Below, one piece after another: positions 10,679-21,313 of a stretch of 59,075 nt of DNA. Below the pieces are notes generated by a model, which saw only the letters and a program-made list of their open reading frames with translations, did not search any database and had not been told where the DNA came from. The DNA is from Verrucomicrobiota bacterium (lineage in GTDB: Bacteria; Verrucomicrobiota; Verrucomicrobiia; Limisphaerales; UBA11358), in NCBI GenBank assembly GCA_050015635.1, contig JBEKBA010000004.1, forward strand, positions 1-59,075. The letters run 5' to 3'. Position 1 is the stretch's first letter. Every line of letters begins with the position of its first letter. The translations under genes were made by a program, and so were the position numbers.

Positions 10679-11559
10679 TGTGGACTTATCTTCAAGATGG
10701 TTGGCGGCCCGTGTTGGAAATTCTGATCCTCGCGGTGGTGATTTATTACACGTCGCGCTTCCTGCGGGGCACGCGCGGCTGGCCGGTCGTCATCGGCTTC
10801 GTTGTCGTGCTGGTGACCTTGTTCGCAGTGACGACGTTGCTCAAATTGCAGGTGTTGCGCTGGCTGCTCACCACCTTTTCCGCGTTTTTTGCCATTGCCG
10901 TTCTCATTATTTTTCAACCGGAACTGCGCCGCCTGCTGGCTGAACTTGGAAATATGCCGCTCTTTGCCAGCGCGCACGAACAGCGCGAGAACATCGAAGT
11001 CATCATCCAAACATGCGAACGTCTGGCTGAAGTGAAAATCGGCGCGCTCATCGCCATCGAACAATCCATCCAACTCCATGAAGTCGTCGAATCCGGGGTG
11101 CCGGTGGATTGCGAGGCCACGCCGGAAATGCTCGAAACCATTTTCTTTCCCAACAATGCGATCCACGATGGCGGTGTGATTTTGAAAGGCGACCGCATCG
11201 CCTATGCGGCTTGCATTTTTCCCCTGACCCAACGGCAGGATTTGAACAAATCTCTCGGCACGCGGCATCGCGCGGCCATCGGGTTGAGCGAGGAAACCGA
11301 TGCGGTCGTCGTTATCGTTTCAGAGGAAAACGGCGCGATTTCGCACGCTTACAAAGGCCAGCTCGTGCGCGGCGTGACGTTGGAGGAATTGCGCGCGTTC
11401 CTCACCTCCGTGATCGTGCAGCCGGCCAAGTCGCGTAATGCGGTCGCCTGGTTGCGCAAGCGGTTGGGTGAACAGTTCAAGCCCGGCCCGGCCGTCATCA
11501 CAAAAAACGAACCGCCGCCGCCGGCCAAACCTGCCGGCGATGGAATCAAACCTTCATAA
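10678..11559 (+). CDS. cdaA: Diadenylate cyclase CdaA
   Basis: 3 TM helices, IIFQPELRR, HDGG and GTRHRAA DAC motifs; ATG overlaps the folP stop (TAATG). Confidence 0.93.
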   Translation: MWTYLQDGWRPVLEILILAVVIYYTSRFLRGTRGWPVVIGFVVVLVTLFAVTTLLKLQVLRWLLTTFSAFFAIAVLIIFQPELRRLLAELGNMPLFASAHEQRENIEVIIQTCERLAEVKIGALIAIEQSIQLHEVVESGVPVDCEATPEMLETIFFPNNAIHDGGVILKGDRIAYAACIFPLTQRQDLNKSLGTRHRAAIGLSEETDAVVVIVSEENGAISHAYKGQLVRGVTLEELRAFLTSVIVQPAKSRNAVAWLRKRLGEQFKPGPAVITKNEPPPPAKPAGDGIKPS

Positions 11560-11561
11560 CT

Positions 11562-11987
11562 ATGCATGATCGGATTACCATAGATTTCGGCTGGAAATTG
11601 TTTTCCGTCATTTTGGCGGTGGTCCTCTGGCTCACCGTTCACAACATTTACGAAGAGCCAAAAGCCGTCTTCGCCCCGGACGCCGGTGATAAGGTGACTT
11701 ATGACAATTTGCCCGTCTTCGTCGTTTCCCGCGGTGCGAACGTGGGCGATTTCCGCGTCCTGCCCGGCACGGTTTCCGTCACCGTCGGCGGCCCGCCCGA
11801 TACCATGGCCACTTTGCAGGCCGACCAGATTCGCGCGGTCGTGGATCTCACCGACATCGCGTCCGCGCGCGATTTGCGCCTGCGCGTGGATGTTTCCACG
11901 CCACCCGGCGTGACGCTCCTGGGCGTTGACCCGCCCAGAGTGGGCGTGATCTTGCCGCCAAAAGCGTTGAATGATTTGCACCCATGA
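11562..11987 (+). CDS. cdaR: CdaR/YbbR-domain protein (single domain)
   Basis: WKLFSVILAVVLW anchor, P.TVSVTVGG and A.VDL YbbR pattern; lies between cdaA and glmM. Confidence 0.8.
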   Translation: MHDRITIDFGWKLFSVILAVVLWLTVHNIYEEPKAVFAPDAGDKVTYDNLPVFVVSRGANVGDFRVLPGTVSVTVGGPPDTMATLQADQIRAVVDLTDIASARDLRLRVDVSTPPGVTLLGVDPPRVGVILPPKALNDLHP

Positions 11988-13366
11988 GCTCTTCTAAAAA
12001 AATCTTTGGCACGGACGGCGTCCGGGGGACGGCCAACGTGGAACCCGTCACCGCCGAAACCGCGCTCAAACTCGGACGTGCCGCCGCCCACGTTTTCAAA
12101 AATCTCGAACGCCAGTCGCGCGGACGCGGCAAACACAAAATCGTCCTCGGCAAGGACACCCGGTTGTCCGGTTATATGCTCGAGAACGCGATTTCGTCCG
12201 GCATCCTTGCGATGGGTGTGGACGTGCTGTTCATCGGGCCGCTGCCCACGCCCGGAGTTGCTTACATTACGCGCAGCCTGCGCGCCGACGCCGGCATCGT
12301 CATCACCGCTTCGCACAATCCCTATGCCGACAACGGTATCAAATTTTTCCACGCCGACGGCTACAAGCTTGACGACCGGATTGAAACCGATATTGAAAAT
12401 CTGGTCTTCAGCGGCGAAATCGAAAACATCCGCCCCATCGCCGGTGAAATCGGCAAAGCTGTTCGCATTGACGACGCGCTTGGACGTTACATTGAATTTG
12501 CCAAGGCCGGTTTTCCGCGCGGCCTGACGCTCGAAGGCGTGCGCATCGTCGTGGATTGCGCGCACGGCGCCGCCTACAAATCCACCCCCTGCGTATTGCG
12601 CGAACTCGGCGCGAACGTCGTTGTTTTTGGCAACCAGCCCGACGGCGAAAACATCAATGAAAATTGCGGTTCCATGTTCCCGGAAAATCTTTGCGCCAAA
12701 GTTGTCGAACACCAGGCGCACATCGGCATCGCGCACGACGGCGATGCCGACCGCGTTTTACTCTGCGATGAAAAAGGCGGGTTGATTGACGGTGACGATA
12801 TCATGGCCATCGCCGCGCTCGATATGCTCGCGCAAAAAACACTCACTGAAAAAACTCTCGTCACCACCGTGATGAGCAATGCCGGTTTGGCAGCCGCCAT
12901 CAGCTCCGCCGGCGGCAAAATCATTCGCACCCCCGTCGGCGACAAAAACGTGATTGATGAAATGCGGCGCGGTGGATTCAACTTCGGCGGCGAGCAAAGC
13001 GGTCATTTGATTTTTCGCGACTTCAGCACGACCGGCGACGGCCTGGTCGCCGCGCTGCAAATTTTGCGGATCATGAAGGCGAAGGACACGCCGCTTTCAA
13101 AACTGGCGAAATGCTGGACGCGCTTCCCGCAACTCGTCACCAACGTCCGCGTGCGCGAGAAAAAACCGTTCGATCAGCTCGACGGCGTCCTCAAACTTGT
13201 CGCCCAGGCCGAAGCGGAGGTAAAACCCGCCGGCGGGCGCGTGCTGTTGCGTTATTCCGGCACGGAACCGAAGGCGCGGCTGCTGCTCGAAGGCCCCGAC
13301 ACGAAGGTTTTGGAAAAGTGGTCGCGAACAATTTGCGGCGCGATTCAAAAGCAAGTCGGCGCTTAA
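11984..13366 (+). CDS. glmM: Phosphoglucosamine mutase
   Basis: FGTDGVRG, ITASHNP, DGDADR, GGEQSGH and RYSGTEP. Confidence 0.96.
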   Translation: MSSSKKIFGTDGVRGTANVEPVTAETALKLGRAAAHVFKNLERQSRGRGKHKIVLGKDTRLSGYMLENAISSGILAMGVDVLFIGPLPTPGVAYITRSLRADAGIVITASHNPYADNGIKFFHADGYKLDDRIETDIENLVFSGEIENIRPIAGEIGKAVRIDDALGRYIEFAKAGFPRGLTLEGVRIVVDCAHGAAYKSTPCVLRELGANVVVFGNQPDGENINENCGSMFPENLCAKVVEHQAHIGIAHDGDADRVLLCDEKGGLIDGDDIMAIAALDMLAQKTLTEKTLVTTVMSNAGLAAAISSAGGKIIRTPVGDKNVIDEMRRGGFNFGGEQSGHLIFRDFSTTGDGLVAALQILRIMKAKDTPLSKLAKCWTRFPQLVTNVRVREKKPFDQLDGVLKLVAQAEAEVKPAGGRVLLRYSGTEPKARLLLEGPDTKVLEKWSRTICGAIQKQVGA

Positions 13367-13437
13367 TCTGAAATTTTGTTCCACCCGCTTCAAAATTGAT
13401 GCGTTCCTTTATCCGCTTAAATCGCATTTTGTTTTTG

Positions 13438-13500
13438 AGAGCCCCGGCGGAGCGACATCACCGGCAAAAAACCCCCGGAAGAAGTCGCCACTGACGATGC
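13438..13500. repeat. Degenerate REP-like palindromic element
   Basis: AGCCCCGGCGGAGCGACATC ... GAAGTCGCCACTGACG resembles AGCTCCGTCAGGAGCGAAATC at 31905. Confidence 0.4.
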
Positions 13501-13575
13501 CGCAAACCTTACTGCAGCAATGCTGCAACCCCGCTGCAGCGATGCTGCAGCGGGTCTGCCGAACGGCTGCAATTT

Positions 13576-14084
13576 AAACTGAACCACTACCGGATTTCTG
13601 ACCACGTTTGGAGCTTGGAAGAAATTGTCGCACTAATTACGCCTATATCACTTACTTTGACTAACTGGCATGAGTAGTGCGGCTGTTGCTCAATTCATCG
13701 AAGAATCATGACCAGACAAGACATTATTAACGAAATCACCTCAAAGATAGTCCCAATGGATTTTAGCGTATGGCGAATTGGCCTTACGCATGAGCCACAT
13801 GAACGCAGAAAGTATTGGAAAGACACAGAAAGAAAAGACGTGTCCTGTTGGACAAGTTGGCGGGCGGATTCATTGTCCGATGCCAAAGCCATTGAGAACT
13901 ACTTCGTCAGTGTGAGGGGCATGAAGTGCGCCATAAACGGCGACGATTTATTACATTCCAAGACGGTTTTTGCATACATTTTCTAGGCTGGCTTCATTCA
14001 GTCCACAATCTGGAAGAGTTTTACTGTTGTTTTTTTCGTAATTTACCGCATAAAACTTACTGAATTTCAAACTGAACCACTACC
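13576..14084. repeat. 16-bp direct repeat AAACTGAACCACTACC (13576-13591 and 14069-14084), IS-end-like
   Basis: Exact 16-nt match; reverse complement starts GGTAGTGG, like the ends of the element at 31982-33534. Confidence 0.75.
13708..13986 (+). CDS. Small hypothetical protein, possibly GIY-YIG-related
   Basis: 92-aa lower-GC ORF; WRIGLT...R...A.AIENYF...AYIF pattern. Confidence 0.6.
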   Translation: MTRQDIINEITSKIVPMDFSVWRIGLTHEPHERRKYWKDTERKDVSCWTSWRADSLSDAKAIENYFVSVRGMKCAINGDDLLHSKTVFAYIF

Positions 14085-14100
14085 CAAAACCATGGGCTAT

Positions 14101-15373
<1,273 letters not shown>

Positions 15374-15377
<4 letters not shown>

Positions 15378-17485
15378 GGATTCAATTGCACGCGGTAAAA
15401 CGCCTTGCCGGCTGGCGCGTGGGTGTCTTGCAACGTGATCGGCTGCACGTTCGTCGCGGTGAACGTGCTGATCGGCGTCCACGTCAGGAGGTTGACCGAG
15501 CGCTCCAGAGTTTCCGCGCAATTCGGCACCGGCGTGAATTGAAACGCGAAGCCGTTCGTGAGCGCTTGAATGCTCAACTGCGGCGGCACAATTTGCGACA
15601 CGACGAACGCCGAAAAATTCGTGATGCCCGCGACCAGAACCTCGTCGTTCGTCGGATTGAAAGTGAACGGCTGCGAGGTCCAGTTCGTGGAGTTCCATTG
15701 GAACACGCGCAAGTCGTTGCCGTTGCCGGTGTAACTGTCCCCCGCGCGCAAGCCGACACTCGCTTGAAACGTCACGGCATTGGTTCCGGTCACCGGTCGC
15801 GACATGATTTGATACGCGCTGGACACGTTGCCTTCGACCGGCGCGAACGACGAAAAGTCGTTCAAGCTGACGGTGCTGATTCTGGCGCTGTCGCTCACGG
15901 AATCAAAGTCAATGGCAATGAGGCTTTGACTGGTATCATCCGGTTTTTGGAAAACGAGACTCGTGATGCCGGAAGCCAGATTGCCCGGCGTGATGGAAAG
16001 CGCATCGCCCACGACCACCGGATCAACCGCCGCAATCGCGTCAATGACGGTGTAAGTGCCTGCGCCGGGTTGAACGCGGACGTATTGAATCCACGGCAGA
16101 CCGGACGCGTTCAAATTATAGCCGCTGCCGCCCGCCGCGCCGATAAATTGATCGAGACCGCTGGCAACGGATTGTCCGCCGAAGTTATTCGTATAAATGT
16201 AGGGATTGAGCGGCTTGGTCGGATTCATTTCCTCGTCCGTCCACGAGGCATTCGTGTCATCCCAGCGATAAGCCTCGTCCGGAAAAAGCGCCGGCGTGTT
16301 GCTGAAAACATACCAGTGGGTGCCGTCCTGGCTCACCGAAATCGTTGCGGAATGCCCAAAAAAACCGCTGCTTAACGTGGCGGCATTCAAATCCGTTCCG
16401 TCACCGATGGTTCCCGATGTGTCGGCTGCCGAAAAAAACGCGTAGCCATAAACAATCAAATCAATGCCGTAGGGATTATTGGGGTCGTTATAAACTTTGC
16501 GGCCGAGTTGCGCGGTGATTTGTCCGCCGCTTTTGATTTCGGTGATTACATCGCTGCCGTCCGGCGCCACATTGAAGGGCGGATCAATGAGGGTGACCCG
16601 GTCGGTGACATCGCCGTCGTAGGGATCGAAAAATTGTAAAGTGGGGCGGTTCAGAATCGCGGTCGGATTATTATAGGGGCTGTAGGGATCCACATTATTC
16701 GTGCTGACGATTTGAACCGCGAAGTCGTTCGTGTTGCAAACATAAGCCACATAAGTGCCGTCAGGCGACGGCGGAGCTTGTTCATCATAGTTGAAGGCAT
16801 AATAGGCGACGTCGTTGGTATTGGAATCGTATCCGGCCGCCGCCACCGAAAATCCAATCCACGAACCATTCGTCAGCGGCAAATCATCCAAACCATAATC
16901 GGCATACGCCCATTGGCCTTGATCCCCCGTGTCGGTATTCCAATAGACATTCGTTCCCCGATTTGGCGAAGCCTCAAAACCACCGTTGTCGCCCAGCTCA
17001 TTCCAAACTTGCCAGTTTGGCCCGAAATAACCGCCCCAGTATAAATCGCCGCCGTTGATCGCGTAGGCAGCATCTACGTTCACGGTGGCATCGGTAAGAA
17101 GACCGTTGGTGAAAAAATTGGTGCTGGTCCCGTCTGTGACACCGATAACGCCATTGCCATTAAGATTGTAGCCGATGCCTTCAATAAACGTGCCGTAGGT
17201 ATCATTATCCACTATGTATAATTTGGGGTCGGCGGCGGCGATGGCCTCGAGCATTTGCGTTCCCGTGACTGACCCGTTGAAACGGTAGCCCCATACGAGC
17301 GTTTTGTTCGCAACCGGAGCGGGAACAGTGGTGTAGTTGAATACTTCAGGCGTATTCCACTCAATGACCAGGGCGGCATAGTTGGTGCCGGAGCCGGTCC
17401 ACAGTTGGATGTCATTCAGCGAAATTGCCTGTGCTTTGGAAACGAGAAACAAGCCGGCCAATGCCAGCAAACGGATTTTTTTCAT
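15374..17485 (-). CDS. Secreted multidomain surface protein, candidate corrinoid-binding (BtuH-like domain)
   Basis: Signal peptide [20 protein letters not shown]; LVWGYRF...IAAADPKL domain; [29 protein letters not shown]...VSQDG..W...IQYVRV domain; C-terminal [10 protein letters not shown]...FYRV; directly downstream of a B12 riboswitch. Confidence 0.7.
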
Positions 17486-17711
17486 GGGCTGATCTTTCAA
17501 TTTTGTTCCGCTAAAAAATTCACGGAACGGTTTTTTAGTTGAGAGACCAGCGCGGAGTTTGATGATTTGAAAATAGAAAAACCTTCAAGCTCCGGCAAAA
17601 CGGGGAATGAAGGCATCCAACGAATCCCGCTGAAAACAGTTCAGCGGGCTGGCCTCATCCTTCTCTTTGCGGAGAAGTTGGCCGAATTGCTTCGACCACG
17701 ACGAGCGCAAA

Positions 17712-17860
17712 TCAAACCGGTATCCTGACTTCGGCTTCGAACCGCCTTCCGCCTTCCCGATTTCTCGGTGGCATTGGAATTTGTAGCCGTTACAGTGGCG
17801 CAACCGTCCCGGATTCACACCGGGTTCCCTGACATTTGACTGCCTGGCGAACAAGCAACC
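17712..17860 (-). ncRNA. Cobalamin riboswitch
   Basis: Minus strand reads AGGGAACCCGGTGTGAATCCGGGACGGTTGCGCCACTGTAA...GCCACCG...CGGGAAGGC...AGTCAGGATACC, the canonical B12-element motifs. Confidence 0.93.
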
Positions 17861-17949
17861 GCTTGTTCATTTCAAAGAACAATTCCGTTTTACGCTTAAA
17901 AAATGGGATGCCAAGCTATATTTTGTGAAATTTTTAGACCGTTCCGCGC

Positions 17950-17979
17950 TTGCGTGAAATCAAACGCGGCAATTATACT
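17950..17979 (+). promoter_or_regulatory. Putative sigma70 promoter of mdh
   Basis: TTGCGT-N18-TATACT. Confidence 0.5.
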
Positions 17980-17997
17980 CGCGCTCCATTTTATTTT

Positions 17998-18993
17998 ATG
18001 AGCAAAATTCCCGTTCGCGTTGCCATCACCGGCGCTGCCGGTCAGATCGGTTATTCACTCCTCTTCCGCATCGCCTCCGGTGCGATGTTCGGGCCGGAAC
18101 AGCCCGTCATCCTGCACCTCATCGAAGTGCCCGATGAAAAAGCCATGACCGCCCTCGGCGGCGTTTCCATGGAACTCGACGATTGCGCGTTTCCCCTGCT
18201 CAAAGGCATCGTGTCCACGTCGAGCCTCGACGAAGGATTCAAAGGCGTGAACTGGGCGTTGCTCGTCGGGGCCGTGCCGCGGAAGGCTGGCATGGAGCGA
18301 AAGGATTTGCTCGGCATCAACGGAAAAATTTTCACCGGTCAGGGTCAGGCCATCGCCAAAAATGCCGCCGGCGACGTGCGCGTGCTCGTCATCGGTAATC
18401 CGTGCAACACAAACTCGCTCATCGCCATGAACAATGCCAAAGGCGTTCCTTCCGACCGTTTCTTCGCCATGACGATGCTCGACGAGAATCGCGCCAAAAC
18501 ACAGCTCGCCAAAAAGGCTGGCGTGGAGGTCACCGCCGTCAGCAATCTGGCGATTTGGGGAAATCACAGCGCGACCATGTATCCCGATTTCTTCAACGCC
18601 AAAATCAACGGTCGTCCCTTGCCGGATGTCATCAAGGACGACGCATGGCTCAAGGGCGAATTTATTTCCACAATTCAGCAGCGCGGCGCGGCCATTATCA
18701 AGGCGCGCGGACTTTCGAGCGCGGCCAGCGCCGCCAACGCCGTCGTGGACACCGTCCGCAATCTCACCACCCCGACGAAACCCGGCGATTGGTTCAGCGT
18801 ATCCGTTTGCACCCCAGGCGATTATGACATCGGGAAAGGTCTCATTTTCAGTTACCCGGTTCGTACCGACGGCGGGAAATTGAAAATTGTTCAAAATGTT
18901 CCGCTCAACGATTTCAGCAAGGCGAAAATCGCCGCGACGGAAAATGAATTGAAGGAAGAACGTGCACTGGTCGCCGATTTGTTGCCGAAATAA
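17998..18993 (+). CDS. mdh: Malate dehydrogenase
   Basis: [42 protein letters not shown] and SSAASAA. Confidence 0.96.
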   Translation: MSKIPVRVAITGAAGQIGYSLLFRIASGAMFGPEQPVILHLIEVPDEKAMTALGGVSMELDDCAFPLLKGIVSTSSLDEGFKGVNWALLVGAVPRKAGMERKDLLGINGKIFTGQGQAIAKNAAGDVRVLVIGNPCNTNSLIAMNNAKGVPSDRFFAMTMLDENRAKTQLAKKAGVEVTAVSNLAIWGNHSATMYPDFFNAKINGRPLPDVIKDDAWLKGEFISTIQQRGAAIIKARGLSSAASAANAVVDTVRNLTTPTKPGDWFSVSVCTPGDYDIGKGLIFSYPVRTDGGKLKIVQNVPLNDFSKAKIAATENELKEERALVADLLPK

Positions 18994-18995
18994 CA

Positions 18996-19280
18996 ATGAA
19001 AACCAAATCTAAAAAAATAATTGGCTGGCTGCTAATTCTTTTTGGGATTTTGGTTGTCGTTTTTAGCAACAAAATTGTTTTTCCCGGTTTGGAACGATTG
19101 ATTGGGATTGAAACTATTGTTGGTAAGGAGAATGTTTCTTATAATCCCGATGGTAGTTATTATTACACTAATCCCGGCGCAATGCTGCGTTGGATTGCTT
19201 CGGTTGCGGCCATTGGGATTTTGATTTTTTTTACAGGCGTTTGGTTATTAATTCGATCAAAAAAAAATCGTAAAGGTTAA
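18996..19280 (+). CDS. Small AT-rich two-TM membrane protein
   Basis: 94 aa with two hydrophobic helices; starts 2 nt after the mdh stop. Confidence 0.7.
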   Translation: MKTKSKKIIGWLLILFGILVVVFSNKIVFPGLERLIGIETIVGKENVSYNPDGSYYYTNPGAMLRWIASVAAIGILIFFTGVWLLIRSKKNRKG

Positions 19281-19335
19281 TTTTTCCTCGTATTGCACCG
19301 CGTTCTGATTCTGATAGTCTCACGCACGTGTGGCC
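19247..19335 (+). repeat. Left copy of ~88-bp direct repeat (other copy 25129-25215)
   Basis: ATTAATTCGATC(A)nTCGTAAAGGTTAATTTT(T)CCTCG(T/C)ATTGCACCGCGTTCTGATTCTG(A/T)TAGTCTCACGC(A/G)CGT(G/A)TGGCC; about 4 substitutions and 2 homopolymer indels between copies. Confidence 0.95.
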
Positions 19336-19472
19336 GCGATCTCGGGACCAGCGCCTTGCAAGCGTTTACGATTGGCGGACCGGCCGCACCATTTGTTGAC
19401 GTGTGCATGTTCCTCACGCAGTGATCTCATGGTTTCAATATCGGAACATAATCATAATTAAGGAGAACGATC

Positions 19473-21173
19473 ATGATTAAAATGGAAAACAGAGAAAATC
19501 AGACTAAATCAGTTGCCGCCCTGATTGTAGAGTGTCTGGAAAGCGAGGGCGTCGAATACGTATTTGGCATTCCAGGGGAAGAGAATATCCGACTCACCGA
19601 CTCGTTCAATGATTCGTCGATTCGATTCATCCTGGTTCGACACGAGCAGGCGGCGTCTTTCATGGCAGACATCTACGGACGTCTCACGGGCAAGGCGGGC
19701 GTCTGTGTGGCCACCTTGGGGCCGGGAGCCATCAACTTGCTGCTCGGTGTCGCCGACGCCCAAACCGATAGCGTGCCCTTGGTCGCCATTTCTGCCCAGG
19801 CCGGACTGAACCGCATTTACAAGGAATCCCACCAGGTCATCGATCTCGTTGCCATGTTCAAGCCGGCGACCAAATGGTCGGATATGGTGCTGACCCCGGC
19901 AGCCGTTCCCGAGATGGTTCGCAAGGCGTTCAAGGTGGCGCAGACCGAGCGCCCCGGCGCTGTTTACCTGGCCGTGCCGGAAGACGTCGAGGCAATGTCC
20001 GCCCCATTGGAAGCCAGGCCGCTGGCGGTAAATGTCGTGCGCGATGACGCCCCATCGCCCTCCCAGCTCGCCCGCGCCGCACAAGTGTTGTCGGCGGCAC
20101 AGAATCCGATCATTCTGGCGGGCCATGGAGCGGCTCGCAATCATGCCCAGGCGGCGCTGCTCCGATTTTCCGACAAGCTCAAAATCCCTGTCGCCACGAC
20201 GTTCCATGGCAAAGGCGTGTTTCCGGACAACCATCCCCATGCCTTGGGCGCGATGGGCTTTATGCGTCACGATTATGTCAACTTCGGCTTCGACCAGGCC
20301 GATGTGATCGTTGCCGTCGGTTATGACTTGCAGGAATTTCCGCCGGCTCGGATGAATCCCCGTGCGGACAAACAGATCATCCATATTCAGCGCTACCCGG
20401 CCGAAGTCGATGCCCATTACAACGTCGCCGTTGGCATCGAAAGCAGCATCCCGGCGGCGCTGGATGCGCTGGCCGACGCCGTACCGCCCGGGACCGACAT
20501 CCATCCTGATTCCTGTAAGATTCGCGCGCTGGTGCAGGCGGAAATCCAACGAGGCCGGGCCGATTCATCGTTCCCCGTCAAGCCGCAGCGACTGGTTGCC
20601 GATACCCGGGCCGCCTTGGGGCCGGACGACATCGCGCTCGTCGATACGGGGGCTCTCAAAATGTGGATGGCGCGGCTCTATCCCACGTATAAACCGAACA
20701 CTTGCCTGATTTCCAATGGTCTATCCACGATGGCGTTTTCCCTTCCGGGAGCGATCGCTGCGAAACTTGCCTGTCCGGGCCGGAAGGTGCTGGCGGTGAT
20801 GGGTGATGGCGCCTTCCTGATGAACTCCCAGGAAATCGAAACGGCACTCCGCGAGAAAATCCCTCTCGTGGTGTTGATCTGGGTTGACGGGAATTACGGC
20901 TTGATCAAGTGGAAGATGGAACTGGAATTGGGGCGGTCGAGCCATATTGCCTTCACCAATCCTGATTTTGTAAGGTACGCGGAGAGCTTTGGCGCCAGGG
21001 GTTACCTCATTCAAGCCGCAGACGAATTGCTCCCCACCCTCCAAAGCGCGCTGGCCGATAGCACGGTCTCGATCATCGCCTGTCCGGTTGACTACTCAGA
21101 GAACATTAAGCTCACCGATAAACTGGGCAGGTTCGAGTTCGTCGCCGGGCCGGCGAATGTGAACGGTTCATAA
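19473..21173 (+). CDS. ThDP-dependent enzyme, acetolactate-synthase-like; likely 2-oxoglutarate decarboxylase (OgdA-type)
   Basis: FGIPGEEN, RHEQAASFMAD.YGRLTGK, KMWMAR...PNTCLISNG and GDGAF...N; AAGGAG SD; no ilvN/ilvH partner; paired with SSADH. Confidence 0.8.
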   Translation: MIKMENRENQTKSVAALIVECLESEGVEYVFGIPGEENIRLTDSFNDSSIRFILVRHEQAASFMADIYGRLTGKAGVCVATLGPGAINLLLGVADAQTDSVPLVAISAQAGLNRIYKESHQVIDLVAMFKPATKWSDMVLTPAAVPEMVRKAFKVAQTERPGAVYLAVPEDVEAMSAPLEARPLAVNVVRDDAPSPSQLARAAQVLSAAQNPIILAGHGAARNHAQAALLRFSDKLKIPVATTFHGKGVFPDNHPHALGAMGFMRHDYVNFGFDQADVIVAVGYDLQEFPPARMNPRADKQIIHIQRYPAEVDAHYNVAVGIESSIPAALDALADAVPPGTDIHPDSCKIRALVQAEIQRGRADSSFPVKPQRLVADTRAALGPDDIALVDTGALKMWMARLYPTYKPNTCLISNGLSTMAFSLPGAIAAKLACPGRKVLAVMGDGAFLMNSQEIETALREKIPLVVLIWVDGNYGLIKWKMELELGRSSHIAFTNPDFVRYAESFGARGYLIQAADELLPTLQSALADSTVSIIACPVDYSENIKLTDKLGRFEFVAGPANVNGS

Positions 21174-21313
21174 CGACGGGATGATGGCCTTCTTTACCGG
21201 ATAACGTCGTCTTTACATCCAAAATTGAAATGACCTCATGAATACGATTAAAACCAATTTGACGGGGACCGATCTGCTATGTTACCGCTTTACAATCTTC
21301 ATTAGGAGAGCAC

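Noticed and set aside
15378-15698. N-terminal extension of the prepilin ORF
   Set aside because: Overlaps the upstream gene; GTG at 15377 with a GTGA coupling is the more plausible start.
17585-17854. 89-aa ORF
   Set aside because: Coincides with the cobalamin riboswitch and its leader.
19473-21173. Calling this gene ilvB
   Set aside because: No small subunit or ilv context; pairing with SSADH favours a decarboxylase, so no symbol was given.
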